Of a stretch of 64,000 nt of DNA, positions 48,822-58,081 are shown one piece after another. The position numbers and the translations under genes are program-made. Position 1 is the stretch's first letter; each line of letters starts with the position of its first letter. The notes below the pieces were generated by a model. That model did no database searches. It was given only the letters and a program-made list of their open reading frames with translations, and was not told the origin of the DNA. The stretch spans positions 13,799 through 77,798 of the forward strand of contig JACNGE010000009.1 in assembly GCA_014384285.1 (NCBI GenBank), read 5' to 3'. This DNA is from Actinomycetota bacterium. Lineage in GTDB: Bacteria; Actinomycetota; Acidimicrobiia; Actinomarinales; Actinomarinaceae.

Positions 48822-51800
48822 TTAATCTAATGCGTTTATCTTATTACTAACAGAAGTTTCTTTACTATCAGTTATTTCAGCAATTCCACCAAAAACTGTG
48901 AAAATTTTGTTCCATATATTCTCTTTATCTAAGAGTTTTGAGGCTAACTCGGACCCTGTCTGAAATATATGTTTCTCTAATAATGTTTTTAGATCAAGAC
49001 TGTCAATTTCATTTAATACATGGGAAGATGGGGCAGATTCTGAAATATATTGATTAAAACTATCTTGAGTGTTCAAAACTATGACCTTGCCTCCAGTCAT
49101 TCCAGCACCAAAATTAAAACCAATTTCACCAAGTATTACAAGCGTTCCACCCGTCATGTATTCAGCTGCATGGGCACTACAACCTTCAACTACAGCAATA
49201 GCTCCACTGTTTCTGACTCCAAACCTTTGACCAACTCTACCTGAAATAAATAATTGTCCTCCTGTTGCTCCATATAAGAGTGCATTACCTGCAGCATGAT
49301 ATGCACCTTGCATTTTTTTGCCCTGAGGAATAATTGTGATACTTCCACCACCCATACCCTTGCCAACATAGTCGTTAGCACTACCTGTGAGTTTTAAATT
49401 AATTCCATCTCGTATAAATGCACCGAAACTTTGACCTGCAGAGCCAGACAAGCTAATTAACGAAGGATATTTTTCAATTTGCTTAGCTAGATTATTTAGT
49501 GATATTTCTCCAGATAAACGTGCACCAATGCTTCGATCTTGATTTGAAATGGGATACTGGAGAAAAGATTCTGTATTAGCGTTTAGAGACTTAATTACTT
49601 CAGAGGTAATTCTTCTTGAAAGACGTCCTTCCTCATGTCTTACAAAGCCGGGATGTTTTTTTTCTGGAACAGCATTAACAAGAAGTTTGTGAAGACTGCT
49701 TGGTAGCTTATTTTCTAGGACCTTCAATCCAAGTAGATCTGCATGACCGTTTAAATCTTCAAGTTCTGTGACATTAAATAACTGTAAATATTTTTGAACA
49801 TCTTCAGCAAGAAACTTGAATAATTGCATGACCTGTTCTGGCGCTCCGGTGAACTTAGCTCTTAAATTTTCATCTTGGGTAGCGATACCTACCGGGCAAG
49901 TATTTTCATGACACTGCCTAACCATTTTGCAACCTAAAGCTAAGAGGGGTAATGTTCCAAAACCAAATCGATCAGCACCTAAAGTTGCAGCGATAATAAC
50001 ATCTTTAGCAGACCGAAGCCCTCCATCGACTTCTAATAAAACTTTATCTCTCATATTATTTACTACTAACGCTTGGTGAGTTTCACTTAACCCTAGTTCC
50101 CAAGGTGATCCTGCATGTTTTATACTTGTCCATGGACTCGCACCAGTTCCACCATCACTCCCAGCTATGGTGATAATATCTGCTCCTGCTTTAGCTACAC
50201 CAACTGCTATAGTTCCAACTCCAGGTTCTGAAACTAATTTTACATTTACAGGATTGCTTGGGTTAAAAGTTTTTAGGTCGTAAATAAGTTGTGCTAAGTC
50301 TTCAATTGAATAAATGTCATGATGAGGTGGTGGTGAAATTAAAGTTATACCTTCATTTGTGTGTCTCAATTTTGCAATATGTGAATCCACTTTAAATCCA
50401 GGAAGCTGACCCCCTTCACCAGGCTTAGAACCTTGTGCCATTTTTATCTGAAATTCAGTAGCTGAAGCTAAGTAGTCTGGAGTTACTCCAAACCTTCCTG
50501 AAGCAATTTGCTTAATTTTAGAATTTTTTTCTGTATTGAATCTTAAAGGATCTTCGCCGCCCTCACCAGAACCAGACTTGGCTCCCAATCTATTCATAGC
50601 TATAGCTAATGCTTGGTGAGCCTCTTCAGACAATGCTCCGAGAGACATTGAGCTCACTGTAAATTTCTGATAAATAATATCAATTGAAGATACTTTTTTT
50701 TGGTTGTCATACCCTTGAGATGTATCTGGAAGTGTAAACAGATCTCTTATTTGTACATCGGGTCTATCTTCTAAGGATTCAAGGTAACTTAACCAAATCT
50801 CCTTATCACCAGATCTGACTGCTTTTTGTAACTTTAACACTGTGGATGGTGATGTTATATGGGGCTCAGCATTTTTTTTATATTTATAGAAACCTCCAAT
50901 GTCAACACTCGATTCGTCTGAATATATCTTAAGATTTTTTTCTATTTCAGCATAACCTATACCCTCAGTTCTACTTTTAGAGTATTTGAAGGCCCTTTCA
51001 TTAACTTCTTTATTGAGCCCTATTATTTCATAGAGTTCAGAACCCCTATAGGAGGAAACTGTACATATTCCCATTTTTGACATTATTTTTAACAATCCGG
51101 TATTTAAAGTTTTGGTGTAATTTTCCTGTGCTTCTGCGATTGATAAACCTAATTCAGGGTCAGCTGTTGTTAGTTTTCGAACATTCTCTAATGCTAAATA
51201 AGGCCATACTGCAGATGCTCCATATGCGATATGACAGGATAAGTCATGCGCATCCCGAATCTCACCGGAAGCAACTATTAATGATGCTTTCAACCTAATT
51301 CCATTTTCAATTAAGTAATGATGTAGTGTTCCTGTAACTAGTAATGAAGGAAGTACACTTTCACCAACTTTAAGTTCTTTATCAGATAAAATAATCAGTG
51401 ACTTTTTCTTGTTTTCTATTGAGTCTTTTACCTTTAAGCAAACTTTTTCTAAAGCCGTTTCGATATCCTCTTCCTCTTTATTGAAACAGAAGCTAATTAC
51501 TTCTGATTTTTTACCTAAAAATTCGTTAGAGGTTAACTTATCGTAAGTTCCAGCATTCAGAATTGGAGTCTTGAGTGATACTAGATTAGCTTGTTGAGAT
51601 GTTTCTTTAAGGATTGAACCTCTTTTTCCAAGGTAGGTTTTTGTGGACATAACAAATCGTTCTCTTATTGGATCAATTGGTGGGTTCGTAACTTGTGCAA
51701 AAAGTTGGTGGAAAAATCTACTTAATCTAGGTTTATTTTTGCTTAATATGCCTAATGGAGAATCGTTACCCATAGAACCGGTTGGAACTTCTCCTTTTAA

Positions 51801-53201
51801 CATTGGTAATAAAATCAATCTTTCTTCTTCAGGTGTATAGTCAAAATATTTAGATAATAGCTCTGTATCTATAGAGTCATCTTGTAAATTATTAAATTGA
51901 GTATCAACTCTTAATGGCTTTGAATTTACCCAATCTTTATAGGGATTTTTTTTACTCAATTTTTGTATTACTTCTTTTTCATCGAGAAGTTCGTCATCCT
52001 TTATTCGGTATCTTATTGTTTGACCTGGCTCAAGCTGAGCTGTCTTATATGCTCCAGCCTCTACAGAGGGGCATATTCCGACTTCAGAAGCTGCAAGAAC
52101 ATATCTATCAGAAATCATCCACCTCATTGGTCTCAATCCACTTCTATCTAGCCCTGCAATTATGTCCAAACCATCTGACGCAACAATTGCAGCAGGACCG
52201 TCCCATGGTTCAGTTAGGAATGAATGGTATTGATAAAAAGCTTTTTCATCTTCTGTAAACCTAGGATTGTTTTCCCAGGCTGATGGAATTAACATTTCTT
52301 GTGCATGTGCAAGTGTCCTTCCAGACTGTACTAGTAACTCAACAGCATTATCTAATTGTCCAGAATCAGAAATACTTTCATCTATAAAAGGTTTGATTAG
52401 ATTAATGTCATCTTTCCAGAAATTTGAAGATGCATCGAATTCTCTTGCTTGCATCCATGAGTAATTTGAAGTGATTGTATTTATTTCTCCATTATGAGCA
52501 AGAATTCTGAGTGGTTGAGCTTTATCCCAAGTAGAAGATGTATTCGTTGAAAACCTTTGATGAAATATGCCGAATCTTGTTTTAAAAAGTGGATTCCTTA
52601 AGTCCCAGTAAAAATCAGAAGCTTGAGTTGCTGTGAAAAGACCCTTGTAAACTACCGTTCTAGATGAACATGAATTGATATGGATATTTAAAAATTCATG
52701 ATTAGAAATTTCTTTTTCAAGAGATTTTCGGAAAAGATATAATGTTTTTTCAAATTTTTTTTCATTCTTTTCATCTGATGATATTACAGCATGGAAAATT
52801 GATGGTTTTGACTGTTTAGCTAGGGTGCCAAGAACTTCTTTATCAGTTGGAACTTTACGCCAGTACAAAAGTTCGATATTGAAATCTATAAGCTTTCTTT
52901 GAATTAATTCTTTTGATTCATTCAATTCTTTTGAATCAAAAAAGCATGATATAAGACCTAATTTTTTCCCTTTTCCTAGTGTTATATTTCTTTCATCTAA
53001 CTCAGCATTTAGAAGTTCGTAGGGTATTTCTGTTAAAACTCCCGCTCCATCACCTGTGCCGTCTGCAAATTTAGCTCCTCTGTGATCAAGATTTGATAGA
53101 CATTCTAAGATTTTTAATGTCATTCCATGAGTAGGTGGAAGGCCACGAGAAGCAATGAAACCAACTCCGCAAGAGTCTTTTTCTTTAAATTCAAATACCA
53201 T
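48822..53201 (-). CDS. gltB: glutamate synthase large subunit
   Basis: DS-CGVGF (N-terminal Cys), HQRFSTNT, HNGEINT, EPWDGP, QIASGRFGV, CKMVRQCHENTCPVG 3Fe-4S motif, GXGXG C-domain. Confidence 0.97.
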   Translation of the reverse strand: MVFEFKEKDSCGVGFIASRGLPPTHGMTLKILECLSNLDHRGAKFADGTGDGAGVLTEIPYELLNAELDERNITLGKGKKLGLISCFFDSKELNESKELIQRKLIDFNIELLYWRKVPTDKEVLGTLAKQSKPSIFHAVISSDEKNEKKFEKTLYLFRKSLEKEISNHEFLNIHINSCSSRTVVYKGLFTATQASDFYWDLRNPLFKTRFGIFHQRFSTNTSSTWDKAQPLRILAHNGEINTITSNYSWMQAREFDASSNFWKDDINLIKPFIDESISDSGQLDNAVELLVQSGRTLAHAQEMLIPSAWENNPRFTEDEKAFYQYHSFLTEPWDGPAAIVASDGLDIIAGLDRSGLRPMRWMISDRYVLAASEVGICPSVEAGAYKTAQLEPGQTIRYRIKDDELLDEKEVIQKLSKKNPYKDWVNSKPLRVDTQFNNLQDDSIDTELLSKYFDYTPEEERLILLPMLKGEVPTGSMGNDSPLGILSKNKPRLSRFFHQLFAQVTNPPIDPIRERFVMSTKTYLGKRGSILKETSQQANLVSLKTPILNAGTYDKLTSNEFLGKKSEVISFCFNKEEEDIETALEKVCLKVKDSIENKKKSLIILSDKELKVGESVLPSLLVTGTLHHYLIENGIRLKASLIVASGEIRDAHDLSCHIAYGASAVWPYLALENVRKLTTADPELGLSIAEAQENYTKTLNTGLLKIMSKMGICTVSSYRGSELYEIIGLNKEVNERAFKYSKSRTEGIGYAEIEKNLKIYSDESSVDIGGFYKYKKNAEPHITSPSTVLKLQKAVRSGDKEIWLSYLESLEDRPDVQIRDLFTLPDTSQGYDNQKKVSSIDIIYQKFTVSSMSLGALSEEAHQALAIAMNRLGAKSGSGEGGEDPLRFNTEKNSKIKQIASGRFGVTPDYLASATEFQIKMAQGSKPGEGGQLPGFKVDSHIAKLRHTNEGITLISPPPHHDIYSIEDLAQLIYDLKTFNPSNPVNVKLVSEPGVGTIAVGVAKAGADIITIAGSDGGTGASPWTSIKHAGSPWELGLSETHQALVVNNMRDKVLLEVDGGLRSAKDVIIAATLGADRFGFGTLPLLALGCKMVRQCHENTCPVGIATQDENLRAKFTGAPEQVMQLFKFLAEDVQKYLQLFNVTELEDLNGHADLLGLKVLENKLPSSLHKLLVNAVPEKKHPGFVRHEEGRLSRRITSEVIKSLNANTESFLQYPISNQDRSIGARLSGEISLNNLAKQIEKYPSLISLSGSAGQSFGAFIRDGINLKLTGSANDYVGKGMGGGSITIIPQGKKMQGAYHAAGNALLYGATGGQLFISGRVGQRFGVRNSGAIAVVEGCSAHAAEYMTGGTLVILGEIGFNFGAGMTGGKVIVLNTQDSFNQYISESAPSSHVLNEIDSLDLKTLLEKHIFQTGSELASKLLDKENIWNKIFTVFGGIAEITDSKETSVSNKINALD

Positions 53202-53214
53202 AAGTTCCTTATCT

Positions 53215-53225
53215 TACTACACCTT
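53215..53225 (-). promoter_or_regulatory. AAGGTGTAGTA motif upstream of gltB
   Basis: Exact match to 30624-30634, 13 nt before the ATG; overlaps a TAAGAT -10-like hexamer. Confidence 0.45.
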
Positions 53226-53239
53226 ACTTTGGGAATAAA

Positions 53240-53298
53240 TAGAAAATCAGCCTTCAAACCTCAAGGGGGGAACCAAGAAATTAATGACTGATTTTCTA
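53240..53298 (-). other. structured RNA candidate in the amt-gltB spacer
   Basis: 13-bp stem UAGAAAAUCAGUC/GGCUGAUUUUCUA (one G.U pair, valid only on the sense strand) enclosing a 33-nt loop containing GGUUCCCCCCUU. Confidence 0.55.
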
Positions 53299-53308
53299 AT
53301 ATTGTATT

Positions 53309-54505
53309 CTATTTTTTGAGAATGAAATCACCATAAGCTGTTGTTCCATGTTCTGAAACATCCAGTCCGGCTATTTCTTCATCCTTCGAAACACGTAATC
53401 CAAAGAAGTTATCAATAGTTTTTAGTACGATAAAGGAAGTTGCATACGCCCAACCCCCTATTGCAAGTATTCCAATTATTTGAGGGAGAAATAGTGAAGT
53501 TCCCCCATAAAGGAGACCATCAGTTGTATCAAAAATTGCAACTGCTAGGACACCCCAAGCTCCGCATATCCCATGTACAGACACTGCTCCTACAGCGTCA
53601 TCAAATCCTTTCTTTTCAATTAAGTTAATGGAATAAACTACAAGTATCCCCGATACAGTACCTATGAGTACTGCTCCAAGGTTATTAACATTTGCACATC
53701 CCGCAGTTATACCAACTAGTCCAGCTAATGCACCATTTAATGTCATTCCAACATTAGGTTTTCCTGCAATCATTGATGTGTACATAGCGGCAACTGAAGC
53801 TGCTGATGCTGATAGTGTTGTTGTGACTGCAATTGCTGCTAAATTTACATCTACAGCAGCTAGAGCTGATCCTACATTAAAGCCATACCATCCAAACCAT
53901 AGAATAAATACACCTAATGCACCAGCAACCATTGAACTTCCTGGGATAGGCAGTGGATTTCCACTATCATCAAACTTTCCGATTCTGGGTCCAACAACTT
54001 GAATTCCTGCAAGAGCAGCAAAGCCACCCACCATATGAACTACTCCAGATCCAGCAAAATCAATAAAACCGAGTTCAGACAACCAACCTTGGCCACTCCA
54101 GACCCAGTGTGTGACAATAGGGTAAATAACACCACATATAAACGGTTGAAAAAGTAGATATGAACTGAACTTAGTTCTTTCAGCAACTGAACCTGATACG
54201 ATAGTTGCAGCGGTTGCAGCAAAAACAACTTGGAAGAAATAAGTTGTTGAATCACCCTCCAAAAAGAAATTTCCATATGCTACAAATCCTCCAAGGGTTG
54301 ACCCACCATAAGCGAGTGCAAATCCGAACGCCCAGTATGTTATTGCACCTACAGAAAAATCCATAAAGTTTTTCATAACTATGTTTACTGAGTTTTTTGA
54401 TCGAGTAAATCCTGTCTCGACAAGCATGAATCCTGGCTGCATGAACATTACTAATATACCTGCAATTAAAATCCAGAGATTGTCAATGTATGCTGTTACT
54501 TCCAT
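53309..54505 (-). CDS. amt: ammonium transporter
   Basis: MQPGF..VE.G, FQ.VFA, DFAGSGVVH, ILWFGW.GFN, DD.VGA.SVHG; SD AAAGGAG. Confidence 0.96.
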   Translation of the reverse strand: MEVTAYIDNLWILIAGILVMFMQPGFMLVETGFTRSKNSVNIVMKNFMDFSVGAITYWAFGFALAYGGSTLGGFVAYGNFFLEGDSTTYFFQVVFAATAATIVSGSVAERTKFSSYLLFQPFICGVIYPIVTHWVWSGQGWLSELGFIDFAGSGVVHMVGGFAALAGIQVVGPRIGKFDDSGNPLPIPGSSMVAGALGVFILWFGWYGFNVGSALAAVDVNLAAIAVTTTLSASAASVAAMYTSMIAGKPNVGMTLNGALAGLVGITAGCANVNNLGAVLIGTVSGILVVYSINLIEKKGFDDAVGAVSVHGICGAWGVLAVAIFDTTDGLLYGGTSLFLPQIIGILAIGGWAYATSFIVLKTIDNFFGLRVSKDEEIAGLDVSEHGTTAYGDFILKK

Positions 54506-54575
54506 TTTGTATCTCCTTTAATTAAATATTTATAAACAACTTACTTCAGAATTTACATAAAGTAAGGCTCTAGAA

Positions 54576-54613
54576 GTTAAATGATTATTACAGAAATGTT
54601 TCTTATTTGTTTC
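54576..54613 (-). promoter_or_regulatory. GlnR-box-like array upstream of amt
   Basis: GAAAC-n6-GAAAC-n6-GTAAT-n6-TTAAC, which matches the actinobacterial GlnR GTnAC-n6-GAAAC architecture. Confidence 0.65.
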
Positions 54614-54621
54614 GAAGAAAT

Positions 54622-55284
54622 TTATACTTTTGGTCTTTGAGAGACTCTGTATCCTAAGTAAATTAAAAACATTCCAACTAAAAGTGAAAGTGTTTTTGAA
54701 GCACTATCTCCCAAGGCAAGAAGAACTCCAGACAATGCAGGAGAAAATGCACCAACAACAATCAATACATTTGTTGTTACTAGATCTTCATTTACCCTAC
54801 GAAATTTATAAATACTGTACATAGCAATTCCTACAAGTGAGATACTTCCAAGTGAATTACCTAATATTGCCCACATCCTTGGTCCGCTTATTTCATACAA
54901 CTGACTTCCTTCAGGAATGCCAACAACACCTGAAAAATCTGGGATGCCACTTGTTAAGATTGAGTAGCCAGCACCAATAACAAACAGAACATACAGACCT
55001 GAAGCTACATTCACTTTATTTTTATCAAAAATTAAATATGCACTACCTATGCCAAATGCTGGAACATTTGTTATACCTCCAAAGAAATAAAAAATGCCAA
55101 AGTTTAAATAGTTCCACCCTGATAGAAGGCCGGAAACTAGAGCTATTGTGGCGACTGTATACATAAACACTGCAAATGCCCAAGAAATGATATAAGGCTT
55201 TTTCCCTTTTATTGATTTGAGAAATAATTCAACACTAAAACCAATTCCAATCACTGAAGCTAATGACCCAAGAACAATATCCAT
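54622..55284 (-). CDS. hypothetical multi-pass membrane protein
   Basis: About 7 hydrophobic segments; W.FA, GW...F.IFY.FGG..NVP..G.G..YL. Confidence 0.7.
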   Translation of the reverse strand: MDIVLGSLASVIGIGFSVELFLKSIKGKKPYIISWAFAVFMYTVATIALVSGLLSGWNYLNFGIFYFFGGITNVPAFGIGSAYLIFDKNKVNVASGLYVLFVIGAGYSILTSGIPDFSGVVGIPEGSQLYEISGPRMWAILGNSLGSISLVGIAMYSIYKFRRVNEDLVTTNVLIVVGAFSPALSGVLLALGDSASKTLSLLVGMFLIYLGYRVSQRPKV

Positions 55285-55349
55285 GATTTATATAATAGGT
55301 TTAAGTTTATTACAACGAGAAACCAGAACTAGCTATTCTTATATGTAGT

Positions 55350-56966
55350 ATGTCAAAAAATATTTTAGTAGCCGTTGCGTGGCCGTATGCAAGTGGATCT
55401 AGGCACCTAGGTCACATCGGTGGTGCATATTTACCCGCTGACATATTTGCAAGATACCACAGGGTAATAGGAAACAAAGTACTAATGGTTTCAGGTAGTG
55501 ATGCTCACGGAACACCAATAACAGTTCGTGCAGATGAAGAAGGTGTAGAACCAATTGATATAGTAAATAAATATCATAAAGAGTTCCTTGATTACTGGGA
55601 AAAACTATCTATATCCTGGGATAACTACACCACAACAATGACGGAAAACCATAAAGATGTAGTTCACAAAATTTTCTTAAAACTACTGGAAAATGGATAC
55701 ATTGATAAACAAAAAACCCTGCAAGCATTTGATCCTGTAGATAACAGGTTTTTACCTGATAGATATGTAGAAGGTACGTGCCCAAAATGTGACTATACCG
55801 AGGCTCGAGGTGACCAGTGTGATAGTTGTAGTGCAACACTTGATCCAGAAGAACTTCTAAATCCTACGAGCAAATTATCGGGTAATCCTGCAGAATTTAA
55901 AGAAACAGAACACTTCTTTTTAAAATTAAGCCTTCTTGGAGAAGACTTACAGCCTTGGCTAGACACTAAGGTCGACTGGAGGCCGCATGTAATTAACTGG
56001 GCAAAATCATTCGTTAAAGAGGGTCTTAAAGACAGAGCCATTACTAGGGATCTCGAATGGGGAATAGATATACCTGTTGACGACCTAGGAAATGAAAAAA
56101 AGATTTATGTTTGGTTTGAAGCAGTAATAGGTTATCTTTCAGCATCAATTGAGTGGGCTAAAAATTCTGGTAATGAAGATTCCTGGAAAGATTGGTGGGA
56201 AAATAACGAAGCAGAATCTTTTTACTTTATTGGGAAAGATAATGTACCGTTCCACTCAGTAATTTGGCCAGCAATTTTAGCTGGTTACGGAAATTTAAAT
56301 ATGCCAACAAATGTACCAGCTAACCAATATATTTTAATTAAGGGTGAGAAAGCTTCAGCAAGCAGAGGGGTGGGTAAAAGCTTATCTGATTACCTTTCTG
56401 AATGGCAGCCAGATGCTTTAAGATACACATTAGCCTCTGTTCTTCCAGAACAGTCAGATTCCGAACTAACGGAAGAAGAAATGATAAGAAGAAACAATGA
56501 GGAACTTGTTGCTACATGGGGCAATCTAGTACAAAGAGTATTTACTCAAATAAAAAATAATAGAGATGATATTAAAAACCTATCGTCAATTGAGTCAGTA
56601 GACAAAAAATTGATTGATGAAGCTAAATTGGCATTTGAAAACATTGGAAATAACATTGAATCAGTCGAATTGAAAACAGCTCTGCAAGAATCAATGAGAT
56701 ATGTTTCAAAAGTTAATGTTTATCTTAATGAAACTGAACCTTGGAAAGTAATTAAAGAAGATAAAGACCGTGCATCACGAATTCTATACACGTCTCTTCA
56801 AGCTATTGACGCTTGTGCAAGTTTGTTATACCCATTTATGCCAACTACAAGTAAAAAAGTATCTGAAGCAATACCTAAAGAAACTTCAAATAGCTGGGAT
56901 GTAAATGAAATAAAAATAGGTGCCGAATTAACTGAAATTGGGCACCTATTTAAAAAGTTTGACTAA
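55350..56966 (+). CDS. metG: methionine--tRNA ligase (no C-terminal tRNA-binding domain)
   Basis: AWPYA, HLGH, GSD.HGTPI, two CxxC Zn-knuckle motifs, RDL.WG, YVWFEA, FIGKDN..FH. Confidence 0.95.
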   Translation: MSKNILVAVAWPYASGSRHLGHIGGAYLPADIFARYHRVIGNKVLMVSGSDAHGTPITVRADEEGVEPIDIVNKYHKEFLDYWEKLSISWDNYTTTMTENHKDVVHKIFLKLLENGYIDKQKTLQAFDPVDNRFLPDRYVEGTCPKCDYTEARGDQCDSCSATLDPEELLNPTSKLSGNPAEFKETEHFFLKLSLLGEDLQPWLDTKVDWRPHVINWAKSFVKEGLKDRAITRDLEWGIDIPVDDLGNEKKIYVWFEAVIGYLSASIEWAKNSGNEDSWKDWWENNEAESFYFIGKDNVPFHSVIWPAILAGYGNLNMPTNVPANQYILIKGEKASASRGVGKSLSDYLSEWQPDALRYTLASVLPEQSDSELTEEEMIRRNNEELVATWGNLVQRVFTQIKNNRDDIKNLSSIESVDKKLIDEAKLAFENIGNNIESVELKTALQESMRYVSKVNVYLNETEPWKVIKEDKDRASRILYTSLQAIDACASLLYPFMPTTSKKVSEAIPKETSNSWDVNEIKIGAELTEIGHLFKKFD

Positions 56967-57349
56967 GCCTTAGATGCTTTAAAAACAGTATCTATCTCGT
57001 CAATCAAAGCTATTAATTCTTCTCCAACTTTTGGATCTTCAGTTTTTTTAGCTTCACCTGCTTTTTTGGTTGCCTTCCAGAATAAGTCATGCAGATTGGG
57101 ATATTTCTCCAAATGTTCTGGTTTAAAATAGTCAGTCCAAAGCACCCATAGGTGATGCTTTACTTCTTCTGCTCTTTCTTCTTTAATCGTTACACATCTT
57201 TGCTTAAAACTAGCATCATCAGATTCTTGATATTTTTTTGATGCGTTCAAAACAGATTCAGCTTCAATACGAGCTTGTGCTGGATCATAAACACCACATG
57301 GCAAGTCACAATGTGCAAATGCAACTCTTGATGGTTTAAATAACTTCAT
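56963..57349 (-). CDS. sodN: nickel superoxide dismutase precursor (start corrected)
   Basis: Ni-hook HCDLPCGVYDP after the short leader MKLFKPSRVAFA; LWTDYFK; SD AAGGAG. Confidence 0.96.
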   Translation of the reverse strand: MKLFKPSRVAFAHCDLPCGVYDPAQARIEAESVLNASKKYQESDDASFKQRCVTIKEERAEEVKHHLWVLWTDYFKPEHLEKYPNLHDLFWKATKKAGEAKKTEDPKVGEELIALIDEIDTVFKASKA

Positions 57350-57395
57350 AAATCTCCTTAATTTACTAATATTAATTTTAGTAAGATAAAAATTT

Positions 57396-57896
57396 ATGAT
57401 TAAAAACATATTGAAGTTAGTTAATTTAAAAACCTTTTTTGCATTCATCCTGTATATGTTTTTTCGAAATGAAAATAAAGCATTTAGAACATATGAGATA
57501 AAAGAAGAAAGTATGAAGCCTTCCTTACTTCCTAACGAATATGTTCTTGCAACAAAATTAAACGAAATTCCAAAAAGAGGAGATATCGTTATCTTTACAA
57601 ATACTGAGAAAAATATTGACGTTGTCAAAAGAGTTATTGGGCTACCTGGTGAAGAAGTTGAATCTCAAGAAGGATCAATTCTAATTAACTCAAATAAACT
57701 TAATGATTCTTGGGCTAAGAGTTTCGTGGATGATTTTGTAACAACTAAGTTGGCTGAAGACGAAATATTTGTACTAGGAGACCAAAGGACTTTATCATCA
57801 AGTGATTCCAGAACAATTGGTCCCATTAAATTCTTAGACTGTTGGAAACTAAAATTAAGGTACTGGCCTTATTACAGGTTTAAAACATTTGAGTAA
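57396..57896 (+). CDS. sodX: S26 peptidase, probably the NiSOD maturation protease (a signal peptidase I role is possible)
   Basis: SMKPSL, RGDIV, VKRVIG, GD....S.DSR.IGP; divergent from sodN. Confidence 0.75.
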   Translation: MIKNILKLVNLKTFFAFILYMFFRNENKAFRTYEIKEESMKPSLLPNEYVLATKLNEIPKRGDIVIFTNTEKNIDVVKRVIGLPGEEVESQEGSILINSNKLNDSWAKSFVDDFVTTKLAEDEIFVLGDQRTLSSSDSRTIGPIKFLDCWKLKLRYWPYYRFKTFE

Positions 57897-58077
57897 TTTA
57901 TTCTGTAGCTGGTGTAAAAGTTCGATGGCCTATCTACATGGTCATGCGGCATGCATTAATAATACATGCGCAATGTTTGGTCTCAATCAAGCAGAATGTT
58001 GTTCTGGTGAAAACACAGGAAATTGTGAAGGAACTCAGCAAAATGAAATCGCATTATCTCCGGAAAGATTAAACTGA
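57889..58077 (+). CDS. small Cys/His-rich hypothetical protein
   Basis: TTG start overlapping the sodX end; 7 Cys in CxxC...HGHxxC..C...CCxGE pattern; fills the sodX-korA gap. Confidence 0.65.
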   Translation: MSNLFCSWCKSSMAYLHGHAACINNTCAMFGLNQAECCSGENTGNCEGTQQNEIALSPERLN

Positions 58078-58081
58078 GACA

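Noticed and set aside
53202-53308. Canonical glnA glutamine riboswitch or 6C RNA
   Set aside because: AGUAAG and AAGGAAC fragments are present, but I could not build the P1/P2/P3 junction. There is only one C6 run, whereas 6C RNA has two hairpins. Kept only as an unclassified structure.
56349-56363. MetRS KMSKS motif reads KASAS
   Set aside because: Variants lacking the second Lys (KFSxS type) are normal for this MetRS subfamily, so this is not evidence of inactivity.
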